Assembly (NCBI RefSeq): GCF_036321535.1
Contig: NC_087436.1
Span: 88,662,001 to 88,726,000, forward strand
Direction: 5' to 3'
DNA length: 64,000 nucleotides
Source of the DNA: Camelus dromedarius
Lineage: Eukaryota
The notes below the pieces were generated by a model, which saw only the letters and a program-made list of their open reading frames with translations, did no database searches and had not been told where the DNA came from. Position 1 is the first letter of the stretch; each line of letters starts with the position of its first letter. This document shows positions 13,016 through 27,254 of this stretch, piece by piece. A program made the position numbers and the translations under genes.

Positions 13016-13138
13016 TTTTGTTGTTGTTGTTGGGTGAGGTAGGTAGATTTTATTTTTAGAGGAGGTACTGGGGCTTGAACCCATGACCTTCTGCATGTTA
13101 GGCATGTACTCTGCCATTTGAGCTCTACCCTCCGCTCT
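13016..13138 (-). mobile_element. tRNA-Ala-derived SINE (camelid Vic-1-like)
   Basis: Reverse complement is tRNA-Ala-like (gggtagagctcaaatggcagagtacatgcctaacatgcagaaggtcatgggttcaagccccagtacctcc); TSD ttaac(t/a)gtattt at 13004-13015 and 13139-13150. Confidence 0.85.
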
Positions 13139-13277
13139 TTAACAGTATTTCTAAGAGCTGCAGATGTACTTTCTTTTAATAAGGTATATAAATTTTATAA
13201 CTTTAACTATAAAACTATAAACTATAGAAATGTTAGACTTCTGTGTTTAGATGATGTATTTCCTTGGTACTTACCAG

Positions 13278-13444
13278 GCTGGCCCAGAATGCCTTCAGTG
13301 TGAGGAAGGGTGCTCTAAGTCACGGCCGCCAGGTTGTCCTCATCCGTGTGTTTTGCCGTGTCACCCTGGAGAATGTCCTCCTTGTGTTCAGATGCTTAGA
13401 ATAAAATGTCACTGCAAGATCACAAGTCTTTATGTGGAGTGCAG
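13278..13444 (+). CDS. NFXL1: NFXL1 coding exon (167 nt): [55 protein letters not shown](R)
   Basis: ttaccag| ... AG|gtaagt; ORF 13251..13448; phases 0/2. Confidence 0.97.
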
Positions 13445-16106
13445 GTAAGTGGACTGAGGAAATATTCTTGTTTTAGTAAAATTATTTTACCTGGTATCTT
13501 TTTATAATTCAGAACCCTGTGTGGAAGACTTTAAGGAATGTTTTTCAGTGTGGTCCTCAGACTCTAGAAACCTAGATCTTTCGATAGAGATCTGGAAGGA
13601 AGAAATGGAGAGTATTTCACCTTCTAGAAACTTTACCCTGATTTCAACCGGGGCAATTCTGTGTTTTTCCATTTGGGGATTCTGTATAAGATTTTGTTAG
13701 GAAAAAAGTTGAAAAAATAGGTGAAGCACTCCTATAGCAGGTTGTTCAAATAACAGTGTCAACTAGAATTTTGTTGGATCAAGTTGACTTGCACATAGTT
13801 ACTTCTGCACAGTTTTTAAATTATGGATTTTAAAGATAGGTTTTTGTTTATTACAAGTGTTGCTGTGAATGACATTTATCGTACTAGGATATGACTTCTA
13901 CATTTACCTTGCCTAGAAATGCAAATTTTTGCTTGTGGATTAAGTAAAGGGAAAAAAAGTTCCATTTTTTTCTGTTTAATCATGATCTTAAATAATTAAC
14001 CTAACTTGCTCAGCTCCATTTCATAAGTCTATAAAGTGGGCTTTTTGTAAGTTTATTTTACTCAAATTAAATTTGGGAATGTGACTTTATTTCTGATTTT
14101 TTTGAGCATAAATACTGTTTGAAAAATGCCTATTAATATTAGATTTGTTTTTGTTGCTTATACTCTAGACTCATGCTTTAAATTGGAAAATCCAATTTTA
14201 TTCTTTTTAAGTATTAAAATTATTTTGTTGAAATTTAAAAAATAAAATATTACAGTTTTTAGTTTTAGCAGTTTTGTATGGAGAGTTAAGATAATTTTGC
14301 TTAATTAATGGATGATACTGATGAAAAGGGGTTTTCTTTGATCTTCTAGGATTCTGAATCTCACCCTCTTGCTTCTTTTTTCGTTTGTTGTTTCCAAGGG
14401 GCACCTTCCCTTTTTACCTTCTTTCAGAGTGTTGCCTTTCCAACACTGACTCTGATTCTTGCGCACTTTTTCAAGTCTCTTCTCTTTAGTTAGTTTTCTG
14501 ATCTACCAAGACTTTTTCAGTATTTTTACTTTTAGGGTGGACTTTTTTTTCTGGTGTGTTTGCTCAGTCCCCCTCTTCTCTTTTCTGCTCAGTTTTTCCA
14601 GAACTCTGCTAAGCTCTCTGAAAAGACTTGCTATGGGAGCTTGAGAAATAGCTCTGCTAGGAATTAGTTTTTTTTTTTGTTTTTTTTTTTCTTTCTACAG
14701 ATAATTTGAAGTTTGTGGAATGGTTTTGCTCAGGGCATGGGATTTGAGCTGGATGTATTTGGGGTGAAATGTGTGAATATGTTTGGATTGAGATGGCTTC
14801 TATTACCACAGCTAACCAGAGTTCCTTTTTCTTTTTCTTGAATGCGTATTTAAAATCTCTGTTTTTATGCAGAATTCTTCAGTCTCAGTATTTGTTCTGA
14901 TAATTTCATTTACTTTCAATTCAGTGAGTAATTACATAAGTCAAGATTTCCTTTTAGTTGTTTTCTACTTCGTGTACTTTCTTCTATAGAAATTAGGTAT
15001 AAAAGAGGCCTTGAAAAGCTAACTTATTTTTAATTATATAGTAACAGGAACAAAATGTTATTAACTCTTAAGTTCAGAGGTGAGCACCATATTTGTAAGA
15101 ATGAAATTATAAAACTTCCATATAAAAGTCAGTATAAAAACTTGCTGTTGTTATTAAATGAAATTTTGCCAAGAAAATTGTCTGTTAGAATACATTTTTC
15201 CCTAATTTGATATAAATACTTAAGATTATAATTTTGACAGTGGAGGCTAAACTTATGGTATGTTTTGGCACTTTGGTCTAGTGCAGGGACAGGAAAAGAA
15301 AGAATAAAGGAAAGGAGAAGAAAGACAACGGGGAAGAGAAAAGTGAGAAGCATACGATAGGGATTTTTAGATTGTTGCTAGTTAGTGACTCATGTGGTGT
15401 TTACTGTGGTTCTGTTCAACTCTTTATTAGAAAGTGGTGTTATTCCTTGGTGTTTGTGTCTTTTTCTAAATTACCCACTGAATGAGACATAAAAGCACAG
15501 ACTGATTTAAATGCTCTAATATAAAAAGAATCAATTTCTAACATTAATGGATAGCTTAATCCAAAAACAACTGAAAAAAATTTTTCTGATAAGCTTACTG
15601 CTTTTCCCACTCAACAGCCTAAACTCAATTTGAAGTAACATTTTTTTCCCCCCTGTTCTTTAGAAATAAACCTGGGTGAGCATTTCTCTGGGTCAGCTTT
15701 TAAGTAATATACTGAACCATTAGTTTAAAATCCTTTATGTGGAAGCTTTAGGAAGAATTTCTGTTATGAGCAATGATACAGGGAAAGGTACTAGCAGGAA
15801 CTACTGAAGAGAGGCCAGGCACAGATGATATTTTGTGCCTGTTTTCTACTTTCTTTTTGAAGTTATTGCCATTGTGACATTTGATTTGTTGGTAAAAGAT
15901 AAAGGGCTACAAAGTTTGAGTTATCAGAACAATTAAGCAATTTGAGGATGTTATAGATGAGATACAATCAAAACATTTCCTTTAAAAATGAAGTATATAA
16001 GGTAATTTTATGGATATGTTTGAAATTGTGAGTTATTTTTAGATAAACCATGTTATAAAATGGACTTTGGTTTGAATGTCATCAAAATTTCCTCTCATCT
16101 TTTTAG

Positions 16107-16176
16107 AAAAATAACCACAGCTGATGTAAATGAAAAGAACCTCCTCAGTTGCTGCAAAAATCAGTGTCCTAAAGAG
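16107..16176 (+). CDS. NFXL1: NFXL1 coding exon (70 nt): [23 protein letters not shown]
   Basis: ctttttag| ... GAG|gtaagc; phases 2/0. Confidence 0.96.
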
Positions 16177-16599
16177 GTAAGCTTCCCAAGAACCTTCTAA
16201 GTTATGTTTTTAGGCATTGTTCCTCTTGGGTTTTCTCTTTCTTGTTAGATCATCCTGTGTCAGGTCAAGAAACGTGACTGATGTCTATAAAAACGTATGG
16301 TTGGGGTAGATGAAATTTGAGGATATTAGGACTAGGAGTGACCATTTGAAGATTTCTTTTTAAAGCAGTTTTAAAGATAGCTTATATACTTTATACACTG
16401 AGTATTGACTTAATGTTTACTCCTCTCCCTTAAAATAAAAGTAGATTAATAACTGTGTGGGTCATGTGCAGTTAGATAGTAGACCCACAGTAGAAAAAAC
16501 AGGTATGTCTGTGTGTATGTGTAAACTTTAAAGCTCATTATTATCTTGAATTAATTATTATAAACCTTCATATATAAATTTTTTTTAAAAAGATTATTA

Positions 16600-16738
16600 T
16601 TTATTTATTCATTTATTTTGTGGGGGGGTAATTAGATTGATTGATTCATTCATTCATTTAAAGTGGCGGTACTGGAGATTGAACCCAGGTCCTACTCCAC
16701 GCTAAGCGTGAGCTCTACCACTAAGCTATACCTCCTGT
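16600..16738 (-). mobile_element. tRNA-Ala-derived SINE (camelid Vic-1-like)
   Basis: ggtactggagattgaacccaggtcct...gctaagcgtgagctctaccactaagctatacc; gggggggtaattag tail. Confidence 0.85.
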
Positions 16739-17849
16739 CTGTTTTTAAAGATTCTGATGCTTGTATATGCATTGTATTCAAACTAAAATTATCAAAAGTG
16801 GTTCAGAAAGATTGTTCAGGGTCAGAAGGTAAAAACTCACTGGTGATTTATCCTGGCAATAATTTGAGAAACTAGGGTAGTTTAGCTATATTTGTTCTAT
16901 TTAAAAGTGAAGGTGCTCCTTTCCTTTTGTTGTTGGAGGAAGCAGTGATATTTGTTTAATTTGAGTGGACATTTATAAAGGAATCATTTGACTTGTAGAC
17001 GTACTAGTAGCACTTCTTTTCTTTTACCTCTTTGTCTTTATGCACTTATGTAAGCGCTTCCTATCCTGTTTAGAGTCAGGACGAGATGACAACTAAGTCT
17101 TAAGTATAGTGGTCAGTCTCTGAGTAAATTAAAACAGACGTCAGTGTATGATATATGCCTTTTTGTTGACAGTATTTCCTTTTAATTTTAAACCTTTGGA
17201 CACTTTTTATGGATTCCTGTTTAAGAACTAGTGGAAATTGAACTTGGGAGTTTAAAAATTTAAATAAGATTATAAACAGGGAGACATTTCAAGCAGAAAA
17301 TGGTTATTTTAATAATCCTTTCTTTGTTATATGTGGAACTAGAGGCATGGGATACTTAAAATTGAATGTTCTGAATTCTTCAAATTTTGAGTTTTCCCAT
17401 GTTAAAATGAAATTTTTTTCTGTCTAAATTCAAATTCCAGGTAATAGATAGTTGAGAGTTTTTTTTGTTTTTTGTTTTTTTAATTCTGACACAGCAACTT
17501 GGTATGAAATTGCTGCTAGAAATAAAATTTCATTTAGGATAACTAATTTGCAATTTAGCATAACCTTGGCTATCATTCATTTGTGATACTTTTTGACATT
17601 TGGTGGGACTAAATGAGTGGGCCCTGTTTATTTAAAAATTTCTTTTCCATGTTCATAATTTTTTGGACTCTAGTCCACTCTGGAGCCCCTGGTATTGCTA
17701 GAGTCTTGTTGGGCTTTCTTGAAAAATATATCCTTGGGTTGGGAACAATCTAGATGGCCCTTATAGTTTAGAACAGCCTGAGGGTGGCAGGTGAATGTTA
17801 TTATGTCTAATTTATTCCAGTTTATGGTCTGTTGACATTGATAAGACTA

Positions 17850-18040
17850 CAGCAGTGGTTTTCTAATTCTAATGTATATCAGAATCTCTTCGAGGGCTTG
17901 TTAAAACAGATTAATGGGCCCCACCCCAGAGTTTCTGATTTTATGAGTCCGAAGTGGGGGCCTAGGAATCTGCATTTCTAGTAAACTCATATGTAATGGT
18001 GATACTATTGATCTGGCACCACACTTTGAGAACCAATAGG
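17850..18040. mobile_element. MER5A-like hAT-Charlie DNA element
   Basis: cagtggttttc...gggccccaccccagagtttctgatt...atctgcatttcta...cacactttgagaacca. Confidence 0.8.
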
Positions 18041-19099
18041 CTGTAGAATCAAGTCATACATTGGATCAACCAAGAACTATGTCTCTTTGAATCTACTATA
18101 AATATTTTATACTCAGAGGTAAGGTAGGGGATTATGACAAGTATTGAGGTACTGATAAATTCCTGTTTGCTTTCTCCTCCCTTTTCCATACTATGGGTTT
18201 CTTGTGGGCATGGGCTATGTCATATTTGTCTTTGTATCCAGTCCCTGGTTCCCTGGTTGTACTTACTAGGTAGTTGGTAAATGTGTATTGAATGTGAGTA
18301 TAAGAGTGAACTGTGGGGCTGGCATAGGGTGACCTTCCAGCTCCACTGCTTCTCTGATACACACTCCATGCGTTTACTGGACTGTTCAGTTAGATCTGAA
18401 TTGAACTAAAAGAAAATATAAAGATATCATTAAGAACTACACCTTTATTTAAACTGTGCCCCACATATACAATTTTTAAAAATTGTTTCTGAATTTGGTT
18501 TTATCTTTCCCATGTAAGCTCTTCTGCTTTTTACTTGGGCAAACGAATATCTCTGTAACTCAAATTGTTCATGTATAATGGGGCAATAATAATACTCCAG
18601 AGTGCTGAATATTGAGTTAATAACATGTAAAGGTCTTTGTATATGGTAGGTGATATAGATGTGCTAGCTGTGGTGACGGTGGTATGGGTATTTATCCACA
18701 AAAAGTTTTTTTTGGCAAGTTTTCCTTAATTATTTTTAAAGAGAGCTTTTAAAGTTATTGGAATAAAATGGAACATTTTATAGTAGACAGTATTGGTTAT
18801 TGGTAAGTCATTTGCTATGGCTTTCCAGAGTGCTAGCAGAATGACATTAAGGGCTGAGCAGACTAGAAGAAAACCATCGCACTTTTGAGTGGTAAGGGTA
18901 GGATATCTCATCTTTAAATGAATATCAGAGTTGGATATTTTAGAAAAACCTCTAGTTTTTACTGTGAAATCTGTAATGAAGATACAGTCATTTTATGTTA
19001 TACATTCTAATCAACTTTTCAGCTCTTTCAGAATATAACTTGGCTTTTATGATAATACGTGCTTGCACGTCTAACAGGGAAGTGGTCACGTGATTTGAT

Positions 19100-19835
19100 T
19101 TTGTAAATAATGAAATCATTACATACTCAAACGGACATAACACATATATGTATAGTTTAACAAAGAGTTAAAAAGTGAACACCATATAACTCCACCTAGG
19201 TCAAAAAATAGAGCATTGCTGCATCTCAGAAGTCTACCAGAGTTCCCAGACTGTAGCTCCCTCCCTCCATTCTGTATGTTACTACCATCTGCCTTTTATA
19301 ATGATTATTTCCTTGCTTTTATTTTTAGTTTTTAATAAGTCTATGTGTATCTGGAAACAATGTTGTTTGCCTGATCTTCTATTAAAATTTCAAAATTATG
19401 AACTTTTGTGACTTGCTTTGTTTGCTCTACGTTTTATTTATCGTTTGTATTGCATGTGGCTGTATTCCATTGTATGAGTGTACTGTAGTTTATTTGTTTT
19501 ACTGTAGGTAGATATTTGAGTTGGTATCAAGAGTATGGCTATGAACATTCTTGTTTGCACATTCTGGTATTGTGTGCATAGACTTCTCTTGTACTACAAT
19601 TGCTTGGCCATAGGGAATGTATAATTTCAACTTAAAGTCATATTGATTTCCAAAATAGTTATACAGTTTATAAGCAATCAATTTTCCCGTTTACTGTCAG
19701 TATTTTACACTTCCTTTTGTTTCATATCCTTGCCAATACTTGGTGTTGTCAAAATTTTTAATTTTTGCCCATCTTATGACATCTCATGATTTTAATTTAC
19801 ATTTCCCTGATTTCTAGTGAGTCTGAATACCTTTT
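19100..19835 (-). mobile_element. Old L1ME-like remnant
   Basis: tattccattgtatgag, gctatgaacattcttg, ttttaatttacatttccctga motifs. Confidence 0.65.
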
Positions 19836-21896
19836 CGGGATTAATAGCGTTGCTTTGCCTGTGGGACATATGTTGGATATAAGCACAGCATACTTCTGGA
19901 TGAGTTTCAGTTCTCCTCCTTGCAGTCTGCAGAAATAAGTTTGGCTCACTTATTGCAAGAAGAAGATATATTTGGAGGGTATTGGGGGACAGTTCACAGA
20001 TTACAAAGGAAATGCTGTTCAGCCAAATTTTGGGAAGGGCAGTATCTGGACAGCCCCAGGGGGCTTGGCAGCAGGAGCTTGGGGGGCTCTGAGTGAGATG
20101 ACTCTGTTCAAACCACCACCTCTCCCTTTCACGTTTTCCGATGATCGGGAGAGGGAATCTGGCTCACTTTGGGATCAGGGCCTCCCTTGGCATAGGCAGC
20201 AACAGACAGGAAGCTAGCGCAGGTAGCTTACCCGTGGCCATCGCTCCTGGGGGCGTTGTGGTAAATCAGGCAGTCCCAATTTATGTCTTCTATAACTTCT
20301 CCCAACACTGGATGTGAAAAGCAAGGAGATTCATGGAATAATTATTAGATGAGATGACAGGATCAAATTAAGGATTAGAGAAAAGAGATACATTTTGAGG
20401 TCAGAAGACCGAGCCAGAGAAAAGAGAGGTTTTCAAGATGTTGCTGAAATTGTGAAGAGTCAGCATGAAGTCTTTTAGGAGGCAGACAGATGTAACATCT
20501 AGACGGAAGATTCTTTGCCTTTCGTCAGCCCCAACACATGGAAGAGACAGAATACTGATCAGTAAGAGGTCACACTGTGGCTATGATTCTGGGTAATGTC
20601 AAACAGATCTTCCCTTATTGATTCTGATATGCTTCCCTATTCACTTTCCACTTCAGAATCGTTGATTTAAAGTTAAAGTAGAGAAGATTACTGATGTAAT
20701 TCCCTCCCAGATTAAGAGACTTATTTTGAGGGGAAGAAGGGATAGGTGGAGAGCTAATGCCAAATGTTTGTTGTGTCTATGAAGTCAGGCTAGAGGCACT
20801 GGCAGGGATGAAGGGGAGAGGGAAGTGAAGGAACACTCGAAACAACCACTTTGAGGCAAGTTACTTGATAATGAATGAATATTGAGCTTATTAAGCAGTG
20901 TTGAGGGCCTGGTATTAGGTGCAGAGAAAAACAAAACTGAAGTGGCCCAGGAATGGCTAGTGTGGAGCTCATTCTGGCAGCACTGTCCTGTGGTAGGATT
21001 AGTGAAAATGCAGTGTGATCCAAATTTAGTTTTGGTATGAATGTCTCAGCTAAAAATTAAAGAACAAGAAACCAAGTTGCATACTAGAGAGAGATGAAAG
21101 ACAGTAGAAGAGGATTCTGAATTTCTTAAAGAGGGTAGAGTCAATAATTTGAAGGATCAATCTGGTGAGTCATAAAGATCAGAATTTGAGAATTTGAGTG
21201 TTTATTGAGGTGTCCACTGTTTTTAAGTTATCTTTGTTAATGAATATGAGACACAAAGAAATATAAGATCATTGCTCTTAACTAACTTAGAATAATAACT
21301 TTCATTATAATAGCTAAATATATTAAGTACATTTAATCCTCACAGCAGCTTTATGAAGCTCTATTACTCCTCCCAGTTTTACATGTGAAGCACAGAAAAG
21401 TCAGGTGGCTTGCTTGCCCCAAGGCCCCAGACACAGCTAGTCGACAGGGAATCTGGGATTCAGTTCCAGGCAGTCTGACTTTGGAATTTAACCACTAACC
21501 AATGGCTCTCTTTTATTTACATTCTGGTTGGAGACACAGAAATATATGAAGTGCTTAATTTTTTTTTTTAAGTTCAAGCTAATCCAAGCAATGTCATAGC
21601 AGTTTAGAAATAGATTTATGGATTTCTTACACTGTTACTGTTACTATTCAAATGTAGGCAAACTCGTATCATGCTTTTATGGTGATTTAAGCTGTGTTTT
21701 GAAATTTGGATAAGGTTTGAATAGAAAGAAGGAAAGACCATTTCACCTGAAAGTTTGACTAGGATAGGAAGCTAGTCAAGTAGCGCGTAGACATCATCAT
21801 GGCAGTTACTGAATTGGTTTGGCTGCCTATTTAGTACGTTTTAATATATAGTGGCAAGCCTTGTAGAGTAAAAGCCTAAGCAGTTGTATCACAAAA

Positions 21897-21950
21897 CAGT
21901 GCTGATACAACATTGTAAACTGACTGTACTTCAATAAAAATAAATTTTTA
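21897..21950 (+). mobile_element. Very short L1 3' tail
   Basis: acaacattgtaaactgactgtacttcaataaaaa, the same tail as the other lineage-specific L1 ends here. Confidence 0.65.
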
Positions 21951-22447
21951 AAAACCTGTTTAAGGACAAGGAAGTTTTCTTTCTTTCTCGCGTAGCAGGA
22001 CAGGGGAGGTAGATGTGTCACTGCGCTCCGTGTATTGATCCAGGGGCCCAAGTTAGCAGGGCAGCTCTGCTCTCTCTGACACAGGGCTTCTGCTGTTGCT
22101 CAGGATGTCCTCATTTCCAGAACACTGGGGAGGGAAGAACATGGATATGTGCTCTTGAAAAGCTTTAAGACACGGAAACATTTATGCTTACAGTCCATTG
22201 ACCGGAACTTAGTCACGTGGCTATAACTAGCCTCAAGGGTGACGTAAGATGTACTCCTGGAGTGGACCGGGGGAAAATATTTAACATTTCTGGGAATTAA
22301 GGTAATTTATATCTAAAAGAAAAAAGTTAAAAAATTAGCTAATTATCCAGGATTGATTGGCTGTTTTGTGATGGACTCTTAAAATAGTTGACAGGAAGAG
22401 GAGGTAGAGTATGGCTAAAATATAAATATGTAATTGTTTTATTTTAG

Positions 22448-22552
22448 CTTCCTTGTGGTCATCGATGCAAAGAAATGTGCCATCCTGGTGCATGTCCCTT
22501 TAATTGTAACCAGAAGGTGAAACTTAGATGTCCTTGTAAAAGAATAAAAAAG
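22448..22552 (+). CDS. NFXL1: NFXL1 coding exon (105 nt): [35 protein letters not shown]
   Basis: attttag| ... AAG|gtaaat; last NF-X1 zinc finger; phases 0/0. Confidence 0.97.
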
Positions 22553-23884
22553 GTAAATATTTTAAGTTATTGAAAATTCCTTGCTGTGTACATTTTTGTT
22601 ATTTTTTGTTTTGATTTTTTTTTGTCTGTGTTTTGATAGTTCTTTGGCTTTATTTTTTGCCTTTTAATTTTAAGGTCTTATTTCTTAGAATCTTACTATT
22701 ATTGGCGTATTTCTGTAATTGCATCTTTTAAAAATCAGCTTTTTGAGGGCAGTTTAGTTTTTTGCAATTTAATAGTAGAAGAGGATTACTTTATATTGAA
22801 ATCAAGTTAAGTGCCCTTTTTTGGGTAGAGTCAATGTGTTCTAGATTTGAGGTCTTCATACAAGGAGCACAATGTGAATAATAAAGTAAGTTTCATCATG
22901 TAAGAGATGGTCAGGATTAACTTTTGTTGCTTTTATTTATAAAAGTTTTTGCCATCAGTATTATGTTGTGAAAATGTTTCCTTAAAGAGACCTCACATGC
23001 ACACAGCCTTATAAAATTATAAAATAACATTCAAACTTGGGAAGAATTCATTTTAAGGTAAAATGGTGATAATAGAGGAGTAAAAGGGCAAAAAGTAACG
23101 ATTGGAAACAGACTGCATACCTTTCAGCAAAACTTATGAAGGAAGAGCCTCTCTGAATTCTCACGTCATGTTTAGTAAATAGTAGCTGCTATTATTATTA
23201 TAGGTTTAGCACTTACCATACTGTTTTATTTCCTTATTGTGTCCCCCTGACCCTGACACAGTGCTTGGCATGTCATAGGTACTCTTGTAAGTACCTTTTG
23301 AATGAGAAAAGATATGATCCTTCTTCCAGGCTTATAGACTTAACGTCCACAAACACAGAGTATTTATTTTTGTCTCTAATGTTTGTCCATGTTATTTTTC
23401 ATTTGTCTGGACTATCCTTGGAGGACAAGATTGTATTTATCACCAACCTCAGCCAAAAATAAAGGACTAAAGGGGGGAAACCTTCTAGGTAATGAAATTC
23501 TGTACTTCATAGGATTTGATCTCATTTCCTTACTCTAGTAGATTTGAACAAAAAAACTGGTGTCTGAGGGTGTTGTGAGGAAGGAGCAATTGATACAAGT
23601 AGGTACATTTATAGCAAAAGTGACATCTGGCAGCAAGAAAGATGGAATGAATAAAAGGTAGATGAAAGATCTACAAAAGCAAAGTCGAAGACTTTAAAAT
23701 AAGGACCATTTATTTTATTACAGAATAGTACACAAATTGATCATCGTGTTAATGTCACGTCATCAAGAAAAGAGTGATTAGTTTTTATTTCGTTAAGGAG
23801 GCAGTGAAGTGCAGCTGTAAGCTTTAGAATGATTTTCATCTGAACTTTTTTTTAAAAGGTTAAATGGTTGAGAGAAAAATTTGT

Positions 23885-24125
23885 AGCTGTCCATTTAGAA
23901 CTGCACTGTGTTGGTAGCCACTAACCACATATGGCTATTTAAATTAGAATTTTAATGACTTAGCATTAAACTATATCATCTATTAAATAATAGATGACAT
24001 TGAGTTCGTCGACTTCACTCGCCACATTTTCAGTGCTCAGTGGCCATATGCGGTAAGTGCTCCTCGTTTGAGTCATGCAGATTTAGAACATTTTCATTCA
24101 GAAAGCTGTATTGGATGGCACTACT
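23885..24125. mobile_element. MER3/MER33-like hAT DNA element
   Basis: ggtagccactaaccacatatggctatttaaatt...cacattttcagtgctcagtggccatatg...tattggatggcact. Confidence 0.65.
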
Positions 24126-24383
24126 CTAGAACATTTATTCCCTGGAAGCTTTAGAAGAATAACAAGAAACAATAAAGAGAAATAAAGAATAAAAGTGAAA
24201 TCACGTTAAGTTGATAGTGACACTAACGCTTGCAGCCATATCATCATTAAATATGAATGAACATGACTTAAATAATATGCATGATTTCAAGCTCCTAGAG
24301 AAATTTTGCTTTTTTTATGGCATACAGTTAGGACTTTGAGGGAAAATCTTTTAAAGTCAAATTTTTAAAAATTTTGTTTGTAG

Positions 24384-24470
24384 GAATTGCAGTGCAGCAA
24401 AGTACGTGAAAATCAAATTTCCATAGAATGTGACACAACGTGCAAGGAAATGAAGCGGAAGGCGTCTGAG
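24384..24470 (+). CDS. NFXL1: NFXL1 coding exon (87 nt): [29 protein letters not shown]
   Basis: gtttgtag| ... GAG|gtaatg; phases 0/0. Confidence 0.96.
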
Positions 24471-25279
24471 GTAATGTCACGTTAAATGTCATTTTTAATG
24501 TGCTAGTGGCCTGTCTCTATTTTGTGCATTAATTTATGTGCTTATTATGAATCACTCAAAATCTCATTCTTTCTGTTTTTGCTTCTGTGATAAAAGCCTG
24601 ATTTATAGGCCTATTTGAATCCTCGGTGTGCTTCTTATTGTCTGGTGTGTGCAAGATTTTTCCATCCTCTGTACCAGTTAGTGTATATGCTCTGGAACAT
24701 AGTTGTGTCTCTTAATGTTAGTGTGAGCCTCCTGAAAATTAGGTTAAAATAATACAAAAATAAGATGTTGTGACTCTTTGCTGTTTGGATTATGTCTAGT
24801 GTCACTGTGTCCCTCCATCAACTCAATCAATGAATAAAGTCTTGGTTTTGTTTGAAACTAAGGATTCTCTTCCAGATAGGGCATTTTAGGAAAATGATCA
24901 ATTTCAACTCTAGGCAAAGAGTGGTATTTGAGAATTGATTTTAGAGTCTTAGTGTGGTGACTTAAGAGAAAAAGTCCAGTTTGAAAGTATTTCAGTTTAC
25001 AATGTTATAATACTCTTTGAATTGTGATCTAATATCTGTTAAATTTGTTAAGCTGAAGTATTTAGGTAAGGTATAACGCCCTGACTCCCCTCACCCCCAG
25101 TCTGTTAGACAGTACCTTGGTAACACTTCTCAGTACAACATTTATGTTTCTTTAAATAATTTCCAATATGAAGTTTCCAAAAGTTGTTATAGGTTAGTGG
25201 AGCCTGGGAGGAAAGATGTTAAAATTCTATATAAAATTTGATGTTTACAGTGTTAATTTACTTTTAAATGTCTAAACAG

Positions 25280-25333
25280 ATAAAAGAAGCAGAAGCCAAA
25301 GCTGCTCTTGAAGAGGAAAAACGAAGGCAACAG
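25280..25333 (+). CDS. NFXL1: NFXL1 penultimate coding exon (54 nt): IKEAEAKAALEEEKRRQQ (coiled-coil-like)
   Basis: tctaaacag| ... CAG|gtaact; ORF 25268..25453; phases 0/0. Confidence 0.95.
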
Positions 25334-27254
25334 GTAACTAAACAAAATACCCCATTTGTGTCTTTTTTGCATCATTATTTTTATGCAAACACAAGGTATA
25401 TGGAAACATACAGACTAGGGTCTGGTCAGCTTTATTCTGGACTGAAAATATAATTCTATAAAACAGAAATTAGCCACACTTAACTTCAGTCCAGGTAAAC
25501 TGAACCTCTGATGACGCATGGGGCCTTGTATATTCCCAGTTTACTTCCTTGCCAGTTTCACCCTTTCTCCAGAGGTGACTCCTCCTGGTTCAGGGGGCAG
25601 AGGGCAGGGCATGGCAGCATCCATTCTAAGGCATCTCCTGGAGTGTGTGTCTTCCCTCATCTAAAATTATTTGAGGTCTGCTTTTTTCTGAGTTGTAGAT
25701 TATCTGTGGCAAATAAGTGCTGTTTACTCACCAGTACATTTCTTTTAATAATACACCCTCTTATTTCCCCTTTAGATTCTTGAATGCAGAATTACCTGTT
25801 CTTTATTATTACCTAGATAAGAAGTATGTTCCTGATACCCCCTGTTAGTTTAAATACTGTATTTATTGATCATATACTCGAAAGAGTGGCTTAACTTTCT
25901 CATAGTAACATGTAATTGTTCGTCAGTTTGCATTTTGAGATGCTTTATACTTATTAAGCAGGGTATATTATATGCAAACTGCTGCCTTTATGAATGAAGA
26001 AATTGAAATTTGCATGAACTGAGGGAGAGCATTAGAAACAACTCATGTAGCAAAGGTGGGCTAAAATGACATCTGGATTTTTATGGTTCTATAGAATTGA
26101 TTTACCTAAAATTGAAAAATAAGTTATCAGAGCTAATACAGTAAAACATGGAATGACTGGAATCCTTGGAGATTAAATTATTAAGAATAGTTTAGGGTGT
26201 CCTTTCCTCCCTTTTTTATAAAGCACTATGGGTAGAAATCTTAAATGTGGTCCTAATTTACTGACCTTTAAAACAGAGTATATAGAACATTATATAAACT
26301 ATGCTTGATGACTGTGGGTCATTATTAAAGCATCAGTGTTTTCTCTGCTGTGTCAGTGGTTCTCAAGTTTGGCTGCTTTTAATATAGTTTGACCTTTTGT
26401 TGTTTATCAACAACCACTTGAGAATATTTTGACATTTTGCTTCATTGAAGAATGCAACTTTGTATTAAATTAAGAATATGATTAGGTCTTTTTCAAAGGC
26501 TTTTTCCAAGTGGTTTATAAGCAAAGTCATGGATATGTTAACTGAAGTTTATGTTTCCTTCTGTTAAAGAAACATTTACAGAATCTTGCATGAATATTAC
26601 ATATATATTTTAGTTAACTAGTATCACGTTTTAGTGTATCATGTCACATTATCATGTATTAAAGTTTAATAAGTTCTTACTAATAGACTAAAAATTCACA
26701 TTTTATAATGCGTGTCATCTAGTTTCCTTTCTTAGAACCAGTTTTAATACAATTCTACTTTCTAAAATAGTCATTTTGATTCAAAACATGAAGAATTTTT
26801 CCCCTGAAGAATTTTTCTCTGTGTTTTTAAATGTATTTGAAAAAGAGCGGAATCAATTTCTGGCAGCTTTTTTCTGTTTACTTACTTGAATTTCTTTCAT
26901 ACAGGCCATTAATGTTTATTACCAACATTGTAAAAAACTAGAGTGGTGTTGATGTATAAAACCATTGTCTGTATTTTAAGTCAGATGTTTCTACACTTAG
27001 TATCAAAGGCAGGCCTCAGTCTGAAGTAACCTCTTCCTTTACTCCCCCATTCGCTCTCTGCCTACCTAAACTCTGAATTTGTTGAACACAGTCAGTATTG
27101 GAGAGATGGTTTTTTTTTAAAAAAAAATCAAATCAATGTATTTATTATATACTATTACTATGAAAACATTTCCCAAATTTATTTTTATCCAAGTGAGAAA
27201 TTTCAAATCAATACATGCATTGAATTTAATAAAAATGTTTCTGTTTTGATTTAG

